Assembly: GCA_913058275.1 (NCBI GenBank)
Contig: CAJXQP010000001.1
Span: 4,901 to 68,900, forward strand
Source of the DNA: an uncultured Gammaproteobacteria bacterium
Lineage (GTDB): Bacteria > Pseudomonadota > Gammaproteobacteria > Pseudomonadales > Pseudohongiellaceae
DNA length: 64,000 nt
Direction: 5' to 3'
The translations under genes were made by a program, and so were the position numbers. This document shows positions 38,702 to 46,992 of this stretch, piece by piece. Positions within the stretch are counted from its first letter, which is position 1, and each line of letters starts with the position of its first letter. The notes beneath the pieces are model-generated. The model saw only the letters and a list, made by a program, of their open reading frames with translations. It was not told where the DNA came from and searched no databases.

Positions 38702-39322
38702 CTAACGGGAAAGCGTGTTGATGTAACTCACTACATTGAGGATGCCAGCCTCATTACGCAGAGTGCTCACCATGGTGCGCATCTGTGCCCCATAGGTATC
38801 ATTCGGGTGCGCGCCTCTGTACCCAGCTAGGAAGTTCTTTAGCTGAGTGACGAGATACCAGTCATTCTGTCCGACCAAGGCGGGTGCGCCAAGGCTCTCA
38901 TTGCCCGTCGCGTTTGCCCCATGACAGACAGCACAACCGCCATACAAGCCTCGACCGCGTAGTGGATCACCGCCCTGTATTGTTGCTTGTGCAGGCATGT
39001 AATCCCAGCTGGATATCCAATCGATGATGTCATCGATCGATTCATCGGTTAGTTTCGTCGCCATGGGGCGCATGGCGATACCTTCTCTATCTTCAGCGTG
39101 CACACCACGGATATCGGCGCGGAAGTTTTCCAATTGTCGCCTCAGGTACCAAGGTTCCATTCCAGCAAGTCGAGGAGCCTGCACGCCTTCGTTGCCGCGG
39201 CCGTCTGTGCCATGACAAGTTGTGCAATAGCGATCGTCGAATGGTTCGCGCTCCGATTCCGCCGCGCTGGCGCCTCCAATACAAACCATGCAAAGACCGA
39301 ATGCCAGAAATGCCTTCAACAT
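38702..39322 (-). CDS. Periplasmic dihaem c-type cytochrome (c4-like)
   Basis: Signal peptide and two CxxCH motifs (CTTCHG, CAVCHG). Each is followed by a candidate distal Met segment (MRPM, MRTM). Confidence 0.8.
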   Translation of the reverse strand: MLKAFLAFGLCMVCIGGASAAESEREPFDDRYCTTCHGTDGRGNEGVQAPRLAGMEPWYLRRQLENFRADIRGVHAEDREGIAMRPMATKLTDESIDDIIDWISSWDYMPAQATIQGGDPLRGRGLYGGCAVCHGANATGNESLGAPALVGQNDWYLVTQLKNFLAGYRGAHPNDTYGAQMRTMVSTLRNEAGILNVVSYINTLSR

Positions 39323-39349
39323 ACTTTTATTTCTCCAAATCTTGATTAG

Positions 39350-40951
39350 CTACGCCATCAACCGCTGATTCAAATCAGCCATCGCCCACTGCGCCGACAT
39401 CACCGCACTCTCTTGCCATGCTGAATGCATGCTTACCTGATCACCGATCATATAGTGGCGACCGTTAACTGGCTGCTGTAGCGCGCGGTACAACTCTTCT
39501 TCCTCATGGGTCCAGCCGTTACGATCACGCTGCCATCGCGCAGAACAGCCAAGCATATGATTCATGCGATGCCAGGCGATAGTGATAGGTTTCTCAACCT
39601 GATTACGGTAGTTAGGGTGAATCTTCTCGCCATCAGTGAGGTGAGCCTCGATACGCTGTTCATGAGTCATGGCGGTGTGTAGCTCGCCGTCGCCGTAGTC
39701 GTAGGCCCCCAGCATTATGCCCTTGTGCTTGTGCATGCCAGCGCTCGGATACCAGATCTGTTTACTAGGATTATTCATCCAACTGATACCGCCGTAGATA
39801 TCTTCTTTCTCCCAGAAGCGCTCCTTTGCTTGGAAGGCAGCCTTATACGCTGTTCCGCGACGAATATACTTAAGCGCATCCACATATTGAGTTGGGAAAT
39901 TGTTGGTGATACCAGTCATGATATGACTCGGTATGCAATTGAAGCAGAAATCAGCCTGCAGTAAATGGCGCGTGCCATCCTGATCGTAAGCAATGTCGAT
40001 TCCGTCATCTTTGACTTCGACAGCATTCACCATCGAACGATAGTGAATCTGATGACCTACATGATTGGTGAACCCTTCGATGATCTTGTCCATACCACCC
40101 GCGGCCTGAAACAGCATAGGCCCAGTATCGCCCTCGTTAGCATTCAAGAACTGGCGGCCCATCTGCGTTTTCAAAAGGTCCCTCATGGCAATGATATCTT
40201 TCTGAGCACCGTGCTCTAAGAATCCACCAGACGCATAGCCTGCACGTAAACTCCCCTTATAGAGATTGTCCTCGTTGAGGTCCCCGAAAGAGCGAATCAA
40301 GCTCATCAGAGTTTCCGCTTCTGGGTCGGTAAAGGGCTGGTCCATTTCTCCGGCAGAGAGTGACTTCGCCAATAATTCCGCCAGAAACCCTCGCGTATGA
40401 GTTGTGTAGTCGATATTGCGGATCGGCTTTCCATCAAGTAACGCTGGATCTTGTAAATAGGACGTCTTGTTCTCGTTGATGAATACTTCGAGATCGATCT
40501 CCAGTTCTTTGCAATAGGCCAGCAGGTTTCTGTGAGTACTTGGAATACGCGCCGCACCAGCGTTGAAGTACATGTGCGGCTCGTCGTCGAATTCACAATA
40601 TTGGCGGTTGCCAATTTCATCGATCAAGTCACCGTGGCGTACGGTAAAAATTCTGCCACCCGGTCGATGCGAGGATTCCAATATCGTGCACTCGTAGCCA
40701 ACCTTGCTGAGCTCATAGGCAACGGTGAGACCCGACAGACCTGCACCTAGGATGGCAACTTTACGATTCGCCGGATTAGCTCCGCGCAGATCCAAGGTGG
40801 CTGCCTGCGCTGTATGCGGAAGCAGACCCAGTGCCGAGCCTGCTTTAAGAGCTGCCGCGGTTCCGCCGGCGGCACCCAATAAATTTAGAAACTCTCTACG
40901 TGTAACTTGTTTGGACACGCCTACCTCCAGAGATGGTATCGATCTGGACAT
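39350..40951 (-). CDS. Tat-exported FAD-dependent amine-oxidase-family flavoprotein
   Basis: Twin-arginine signal (QVTRREFLNLLGAAGGTAAALKAGSALG...AQA) and the dinucleotide fold KVAILGAGLSGLTVAYEL...ILESSHRPGGR typical of the MAO/LAAO family. Confidence 0.8.
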   Translation of the reverse strand: MSRSIPSLEVGVSKQVTRREFLNLLGAAGGTAAALKAGSALGLLPHTAQAATLDLRGANPANRKVAILGAGLSGLTVAYELSKVGYECTILESSHRPGGRIFTVRHGDLIDEIGNRQYCEFDDEPHMYFNAGAARIPSTHRNLLAYCKELEIDLEVFINENKTSYLQDPALLDGKPIRNIDYTTHTRGFLAELLAKSLSAGEMDQPFTDPEAETLMSLIRSFGDLNEDNLYKGSLRAGYASGGFLEHGAQKDIIAMRDLLKTQMGRQFLNANEGDTGPMLFQAAGGMDKIIEGFTNHVGHQIHYRSMVNAVEVKDDGIDIAYDQDGTRHLLQADFCFNCIPSHIMTGITNNFPTQYVDALKYIRRGTAYKAAFQAKERFWEKEDIYGGISWMNNPSKQIWYPSAGMHKHKGIMLGAYDYGDGELHTAMTHEQRIEAHLTDGEKIHPNYRNQVEKPITIAWHRMNHMLGCSARWQRDRNGWTHEEEELYRALQQPVNGRHYMIGDQVSMHSAWQESAVMSAQWAMADLNQRLMA

Positions 40952-41299
40952 TCACTTGATGGCCGTCAGATCGCGTTAAATAAATAAAGATGTTCGACAA
41001 TGCAGCATTGTCATAAAATAAACACCTTTGTAGCTCAAATCAACGCACCATTTCAGATTCGTGAATGAATGCCACGATACACTGATTACTCGGGACGTCC
41101 AGCGAAAGCACGAACCACCCTAAGGCGGCTATCCTCGGTCAGATTCTTAAGTATAATCAAGAGAGGCTGATAGAGATTTGGATTCCTGCTGTGTTGGGTC
41201 GTAGTCCAGATATTCAAATAAATCTACAAATAAATTTTCAAAGTTATTAGCTCTATTTACAAAATTGAATATTCCTTAAATTCAAACCCGGAAACTTTC

Positions 41300-41614
41300 A
41301 TGCCCTTATCTGATTACTACCCTGATCTAATCTGTAATCTCCCAAAGTTCAGCGGCCGATTCGATGCGAGGAAATTGTCCGCTGAGAATTATGACGTACT
41401 ATTTGCTACCTACCCTGCCGGCACCCTCATCGAACCGCACCGACACGACACAGACAATGTTGGCGTAATTACTAAAGGAGAACTGCTGCTAACTGTGGAC
41501 GGCGCAACGACAACTATCTCGACTGGTCAGTGGTACCACGTTCCAGCTAACAAAGAACACAGCGCCGAATTTCGAGAAGATACCTGCGAGATTGAATTCT
41601 GGTTCACTGAATAA
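41300..41614 (+). CDS. Small cupin-domain protein
   Basis: 104 aa with PAGTLIEPHRHD...G.WYHVPANKEH cupin motifs. Confidence 0.6.
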   Translation: MPLSDYYPDLICNLPKFSGRFDARKLSAENYDVLFATYPAGTLIEPHRHDTDNVGVITKGELLLTVDGATTTISTGQWYHVPANKEHSAEFREDTCEIEFWFTE

Positions 41615-41675
41615 TAAGCCTGCTTTTTTAACTCTGCAGCTAGCCGGCAACTCGCTCACTAACTAAGCGTTGATG

Positions 41676-42582
41676 TCATGGATTAAGAAGTGCAGTAAGC
41701 ACAGAAGGCAGAGTCGGGTACTCCAACTGAATGCCAAGATCGGCTAGCTTATGTGAAGTAACTCGCGAGCTGCCTAGTAGCAGCGCCTCCCCCATTTCGC
41801 CGAAAAGCAACTTCACCATGAAACCTGGCAACGGCATAAAGTGAGGCCGATGCAGGGATTGCCCAAGATGTTCGCTGAAATCTAGATTACTAATAGGATG
41901 CTGGGCAACGAGGTTGATCGGTCCACTTTCGAGATTATTACTAATTAGCTTGTGGATAATTGCATAACGTCAGCGATGCTAATCCAACTCATACCCTGTA
42001 GCCCACTCCCAACGCGCTCGCCTAAGCCCAGCGTAAAGGGCCGCAGTAGTTTCTTAAGCACACCACCGAGTGGGCTAACACAATCCCGAATCTAAGATGA
42101 ATAGTATTGATGCCAGCTGCCACAGCGGAAGCCGTCGCTTCTTCTCAAGCCTGCGCTACTTCTGCCAAAAAATTGCTGCCAACAGGGCTTTTTTCATCGA
42201 CGTCGAATTCGCCAGTTTCACCGTAAAAGCCAATCGCTGATGCTGAAAGAAAGCTTCGAGGCTTGTTATCTGACTTCGCCAGCGCTGCAGCCAAAGCATG
42301 TGTCAATCGCTGCCTGCTATCCAGAATTTCGCGCTTCCTACCCTCGCTCCAGCGCTTGTCGGCAATACTGGGGCCTGCCAAGTTTATGACCGCTAATAGC
42401 GGGATTGACGGATCCATATGCACTCGGCCGGCAGCGCCATCAAAGTAGAACAGCGCGTCGCTGGAATGCCGACTTAGTTGATGGTCCGCGAAGCCACAGT
42501 GTGAGAGGTACTCAACCAGCGCACTACCTATCATTCCCGAGGCACCGGTAATCAGTATGTTATTGCTTTGGGTTTGTGACAT
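41676..42582 (-). pseudogene. YfcH-type (TIGR01777-like) NAD-dependent epimerase, decayed: one nonsense codon and two frameshifts
   Basis: The intact N-terminus (ILITGASGMIGSAL) stops at TGA 42145-42147, where Trp is expected (..AQA*EEA). Homology continues in other frames (GGVLKKLLRPFTLGLGERVGSG..MSWISIADV, then ..LESGPINLVAQHPISN..HRPHFMPLPGFMVKLLFGEMGEALLLGS..). The shifts lie near 42066-42076 and 41964-41966. Confidence 0.8.
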
Positions 42583-42840
42583 GGAGTTATTTCCTGCTCT
42601 TCATCTAATAACCTAGGGTTACACTCATCTGTACCAACAAGATCACCCTGCTCTACTAAAGACAGGCAGTATGTTCATTTACGTTCACCACGGCTAAAAA
42701 CTGTTGTTCAATTTTACCGGTTCGGTATATATCCAAAAAAACTGAATAGAGGTAACGGGCGTATTATTGTCTTTCCTTCCTTTAAAAAAGACGTCTAGAG
42801 GGAAGTAGCTCAATTTATTGTCCACGAAACAGGAAATATA

Positions 42841-43569
42841 ATGACAAGAGCGATCGTAGTAGGAGCCAATAGCAGTATTGCCCAGTGTGTTGTCGAACAA
42901 CTATTGAGTGGTCGCGTGGTCGAGCACGTTACCGCGATAAGCAGAAGCACAAACTCGCACCTGCAAGAAAAATTTGGTTCCAGGCTGCGGTGGGTATGCT
43001 GCGACTATTCTGAAGAAGCGATAAAAGAAGTGTGCGCCAATCTGCGCTCACCAGAGAACGACTTTTCTCACGTTTTTATTTGCAATGGCCTGCTGCACAC
43101 AGAACAGATAGCACCCGAGAAACGTCTCAAGGATATCAACGCAGAAAAGCTCCAAACGCTCTTCCACGCCAATACCATTGTGCCGATGCTCTGGCTCGCC
43201 AACCTCGCTCCGCTACTGAGAAGTAAGAACGATTGCACGGTCGCCGTATTCAGTGCGCGTGTCGGGAGTATCGAAGATAATCGATCTGGTGGTTGGTATG
43301 CCTATCGAGCGTCAAAGTCGGCACTGAATATGCTTATAAAGACGGCTGGCATCGAATACCAGCGCTGCGCTCCCAATGTAAAGCTGATTGCGTTTCATCC
43401 TGGAACAACAGACACGCAACTCTCAAAGCCTTTTCAAGCGAATGTACCAGAAGGAAAGTTGTTCACGCCGAATTTTGTTGCGAGCTCCTTGGTTGGAATT
43501 ATGAAAAACCTAAATAGAGAAAGCGGCGCGGAGTTTCTAGACTGGGCGGGGAAGCCTATAACTTGGTAA
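42841..43569 (+). CDS. Short-chain dehydrogenase/reductase (SDR) family protein
   Basis: An N-terminal Rossmann-type start (IVVGANSSIA, not a canonical glycine-rich motif) and the YRASK catalytic motif. 242 aa. Confidence 0.75.
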   Translation: MTRAIVVGANSSIAQCVVEQLLSGRVVEHVTAISRSTNSHLQEKFGSRLRWVCCDYSEEAIKEVCANLRSPENDFSHVFICNGLLHTEQIAPEKRLKDINAEKLQTLFHANTIVPMLWLANLAPLLRSKNDCTVAVFSARVGSIEDNRSGGWYAYRASKSALNMLIKTAGIEYQRCAPNVKLIAFHPGTTDTQLSKPFQANVPEGKLFTPNFVASSLVGIMKNLNRESGAEFLDWAGKPITW

Positions 43570-43661
43570 CGGAACGCCTAAATTTGAGACATTATCCAGC
43601 ACGACACGACAATGGCCAAACCAAGGCTCTGGTTTCTTAATGCAAAATAGCTGGAGTAAAC

Positions 43662-44147
43662 TTAAGGCGCCAAGCTCGATCTAGCTTGTGTACCCCAATG
43701 ACCATCAACCTTCGTCACTATATACAACGACTCGTAGGTGAAGAGAACTTCGTTGTCGCTGTTGAAACGTTGAAATACCGTAGCGATGTGCACTTTCTCC
43801 GATGAAACCAAGACTACATCTCGCGTTAGCCAATGAGAATGATCCCATCCTGATCTCGGTAGAGTTTCAAACGCAAGTGTTTGAGCGAACTCTTCTGCAC
43901 TATCCCAAACAGTTACGCTGCCACTTGCGAATCGAACATGAGGATAGTTCAGCGACGCGGCCCATGCTTCAGGATCTCTAGCATTAAAGCCCAGCATGAA
44001 TGCATCCATCGCTCCCATTGCCCCGGCAACTGCTTCTTCTTCCTCCGCGGAATTTTGTGCTACTGCACTGATGCTTAGAACAATGAGTGCAACTAAGACG
44101 CAGAGTTGTTGAAAAAAACGGCTGCTAATACTGGAGAAATAATTCAC
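43662..44147 (-). CDS. Exported NTF2-like (SnoaL/DUF4440-like) protein
   Basis: Signal peptide. The ~130-aa mature domain has the size and pattern of the NTF2-like fold. Family assignment is tentative. Confidence 0.45.
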   Translation of the reverse strand: MNYFSSISSRFFQQLCVLVALIVLSISAVAQNSAEEEEAVAGAMGAMDAFMLGFNARDPEAWAASLNYPHVRFASGSVTVWDSAEEFAQTLAFETLPRSGWDHSHWLTRDVVLVSSEKVHIATVFQRFNSDNEVLFTYESLYIVTKVDGHWGTQARSSLAP

Positions 44148-44263
44148 GGTGCCACCTTCTATTCAATAGTAGTTAGCCCAGAATAGCAGGAATAGTAATT
44201 GAGAAGAAGACTGTCCATTTTCATCCAGGTCGGTCTAGGAAAAGGCAGTTCTGTACACCCATT

Positions 44264-44914
44264 CTAAGCAGGCAGATGGCCAACCTTCACCCATAGCAAG
44301 GTCTCTTCTTCAACATAGGGCGTGTGTGTGCTCATGTGCGGGCCGCGTATCCAAGTGCCGGCGGGATAGCGCCCATGCTCATCGATGAACTCACCGCTGA
44401 TGACAAAAATTTCTTCGCCACCCATATGTACATGTCTATGAAATTGTTCTCCCTTCGGCCAATGTACTAGGGCGATCGATTCGGTTTCGAACTGATGCAG
44501 GGGCAACACTTTTAGAATTCCCTGGCCTGGCAGCCACCTCGCCTTACCGGTATCGATACACACATGGCTATCGTCGTCCTCTGCGAACTGATGTAGCTTG
44601 ATCAATATTTCACACCCGTGGTTACTAAAAGGAGAATGTCTAAAACCCTCTGGGTTTCTAAAGTAAGTTCCCGCACCATAGTCGCTGATCTCGTCGGAAA
44701 AGGTGCCAGATAGCACTAATATTTCTTCGCCAAGTGGGTGGCCATGCTCAGAGAGTTTCGCTCTGGGGTCGTAGCGCACAACGCTAGTCGCATGCCCCTG
44801 TTCTGCATCTTCGCGAGCAAGAGGCTTGCGCCACACATCAGGCTTCGGACTCGCCACCCATTCCTGGGAGTTGCTATCGACAACAACTCTCTTGCTGAAT
44901 TCCATGTTTATCAT
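44264..44914 (-). CDS. Bicupin protein (ChrR-like cupin domains)
   Basis: Two cupin units (..HGHPLGEEILVLSGTF.. and ..HVHMGGEEIFVISGEF..). Confidence 0.6.
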   Translation of the reverse strand: MINMEFSKRVVVDSNSQEWVASPKPDVWRKPLAREDAEQGHATSVVRYDPRAKLSEHGHPLGEEILVLSGTFSDEISDYGAGTYFRNPEGFRHSPFSNHGCEILIKLHQFAEDDDSHVCIDTGKARWLPGQGILKVLPLHQFETESIALVHWPKGEQFHRHVHMGGEEIFVISGEFIDEHGRYPAGTWIRGPHMSTHTPYVEEETLLWVKVGHLPA

Positions 44915-44950
44915 TTGCTAACTCGACTTTGTTCGTGAAAGTAAGTCTAT

Positions 44951-45718
44951 CTAGAAATCATCGAAAGCTATTTCAGCATAGCTGCCATTGATGGCGTACT
45001 CGCGCGATTGTAGGTAAATACCTTTTACAAACAGATAGGCATCTCCTATTATCAGATCATCGAATGACAGGTAATCTGCGCGCCTATCGGTACTCTTTGT
45101 TGCCAGCAGACTATTTCTAGATGACACATGATCGATCGACTCAATAGGGTCAGCCACGGTATCTACGCTAAAGCCCAGCGCATCGCGTGCTGTGCTAGGC
45201 CCAATAATTGGCAGCACGAGATAGGGCCCAGAACCTACGCCCCAGTGCGCGAGAGTCTTACCGAAATCCTGTCTATTCTTATGGAGATTAAAAGCTGGCC
45301 CGGCAACGTCAAACAAACCCGCAACACCCACTGTGCTATTTACTGCAAAGCGTCCAAAGTCTTTTGCCGCCTGAGTAAATTTCAGTTGCAGAAGATCGTT
45401 TACACCGACACGTACGTCATCTAGGTTGTTAAAGAAATTTCTAACGCCTGTCTTCGCTACCTTAGGGGTAAAATTGTCATAGCCACTCGCCAAGGGCTTC
45501 AAAACCGCGTGATCCAAAGCGACATTAAAACCAAAGGTGACCCGGTTGACCTTTTCGAACGGATCATACTCGGTAGCGGCATAGGCTGACGAGCAAGTCA
45601 GCAGCAGGAATAAAAAAATTGCCATAGCCATGTCCAACGGTTGCGACAATCGCTGCGATGACAATTCAAGAAGAGCTTGAAACCTTGGAGTAGCTGCGTG
45701 TCTGTGCTTAGTAGTCAT
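44951..45718 (-). CDS. mlaA: MlaA/VacJ-family outer-membrane lipoprotein
   Basis: DPFEKVNRVTFGFN and GPYLVLPIIGPSTARD motifs. The start is uncertain (ATG 45718, or a later one before the signal sequence). Confidence 0.8.
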   Translation of the reverse strand: MTTKHRHAATPRFQALLELSSQRLSQPLDMAMAIFLFLLLTCSSAYAATEYDPFEKVNRVTFGFNVALDHAVLKPLASGYDNFTPKVAKTGVRNFFNNLDDVRVGVNDLLQLKFTQAAKDFGRFAVNSTVGVAGLFDVAGPAFNLHKNRQDFGKTLAHWGVGSGPYLVLPIIGPSTARDALGFSVDTVADPIESIDHVSSRNSLLATKSTDRRADYLSFDDLIIGDAYLFVKGIYLQSREYAINGSYAEIAFDDF

Positions 45719-45821
45719 AATTTTTTCCTCTAAATCAGCTGGTCCTTTAAACGTTACAGGCTCTTCCAATGTCTTTTGTTCCGGTCCGTTATGATTTATT
45801 ATTAGACCGGTCTATTATTAA

Positions 45822-46265
45822 TATCGCCAAAAAAAGGGACGCCCTGATGAGACGCGCGCAGAGAGTTATAGGCTCGACTCCGCGATGGCTACTATACTTT
45901 TAGTCGTCATAGTGACATTGGTATTTATTACTTCTATGGGCATCGTAGGTCTCGCTGTATTCGGCATTAACAGACGGCGCAAGCAGATCGGAACGCACCG
46001 TGCGCTGGGCGCCACCCAGGTCGAAATTCTGCGCCACTTCATGATAGAGAACTTCTTTATATCAGCCCTAGGAGTAACGTTAGGCGCAGTGTTTACGATT
46101 GGCTTCAGCATCATGCTTTCGTCATTGTTCGAATCGCCGACCATGGACTGGTATTACACGCCTATGGGTATGATAATTCTCACCCTCATCGGACAAATTG
46201 CGGTCCTCGGCCCGTCAGCTCGCGCCGCTCGAATCCAGCCTGCGATCGCTACACGCTCTATTTGA
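45822..46265 (+). pseudogene. 3' remnant of an FtsX/MacB-type ABC permease gene (last ~125 codons only)
   Basis: It encodes only the final TM helices of the FtsX domain (..NRRRKQIGTHRALGATQVEILRHFMIENFF...ARIQPAIATRSI). No room or coding signal exists for the ~280 upstream residues before the divergent mlaA gene. Confidence 0.7.
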
Positions 46266-46297
46266 TTCTTGTAGTAGATCGAGCATCGCTATCTGCT

Positions 46298-46332
46298 AAG
46301 CTAGGCACTCCTTAAAAAAGAGTGCCTAGCTT
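46298..46332 (+). other. Perfect 13-bp hairpin ending at the base before the ATG of the next gene
   Basis: AAGCTAGGCACTC-cttaaaaaa-GAGTGCCTAGCTT, immediately followed by ATG 46333. No T-run follows on either strand. Confidence 0.7.
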
Positions 46333-46857
46333 ATGTTCCGATCTAAGTCACGACTGTATCTAATTGTAGCTACATGCCTCTTCGCCCTGCTAAACCTCCC
46401 CGCGCAGGCCGCCGAGGAGATTGGGTTGCTAAGCAATAGAATAGCCATAGCCGAAGCACTTACTCAATACCCCTATCGTTGGGATTCCAAAAGCACTCAA
46501 TCCTTCGCAGATCTGTTTACTGAAGACGCAGTGATGGAGAGGTGGCGAAAAGATGCTTTGATAGAAGGGTCTAGGCTGCAGGGAAAGGTCGCTATTTTCA
46601 GATACGCGAAAAATGCCCATACTGGTCGCCTCGCCGACCGGCAAACCCGACACCATTTCTCGAACCTTGTATTTCTGGAACTTTCTGAACGAAATGCCGT
46701 CACAGAAAACATGGCATTGATAACTCATCAAACCGTAGAAGACGCAGCCGCTCGAATCTCTAGCTCCGGCATCTATCGAATCAGTTGGGAAAAATCTTCA
46801 GACGAATGGAAGATTACCAAGCGAATTCTCTTCGTCGACAGCTCCCCCACGAATTAG
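46333..46857 (+). CDS. Exported SnoaL/NTF2-like protein
   Basis: Signal peptide (..LLNLPAQAAEE), a mature ~150-aa domain, and ...YRWD...F.ED motifs typical of SnoaL-like proteins. Confidence 0.5.
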   Translation: MFRSKSRLYLIVATCLFALLNLPAQAAEEIGLLSNRIAIAEALTQYPYRWDSKSTQSFADLFTEDAVMERWRKDALIEGSRLQGKVAIFRYAKNAHTGRLADRQTRHHFSNLVFLELSERNAVTENMALITHQTVEDAAARISSSGIYRISWEKSSDEWKITKRILFVDSSPTN

Positions 46858-46992
46858 ACGGATTAAGAAAAACGTCAAAAAATGCGATAGGGTCGGAAGA
46901 CTGACAAAGTCGCGCTATGATGGCGTGATAACCTATTTCTGCTAAAGCCGATGCTATTAGCTAACTCCTCCTAATTGTAAGATCACACAGCA

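Noticed and set aside
42145-42147. In-frame TGA codons at positions where Trp or a sense codon is expected (yfcH-like 42145-42147, SulP 30098-30100). Could TGA be recoded?
   Set aside because: Intact genes in the window use TGA as a normal stop (for example ribD at 6443-6445). Both affected genes also carry frameshifts. Pseudogenisation is the simpler explanation.
42694-42900. A 68-aa minus-strand ORF overlapping the start of the SDR gene.
   Set aside because: It lies in AT-rich promoter DNA, overlaps a well-supported gene start and has an implausible composition.
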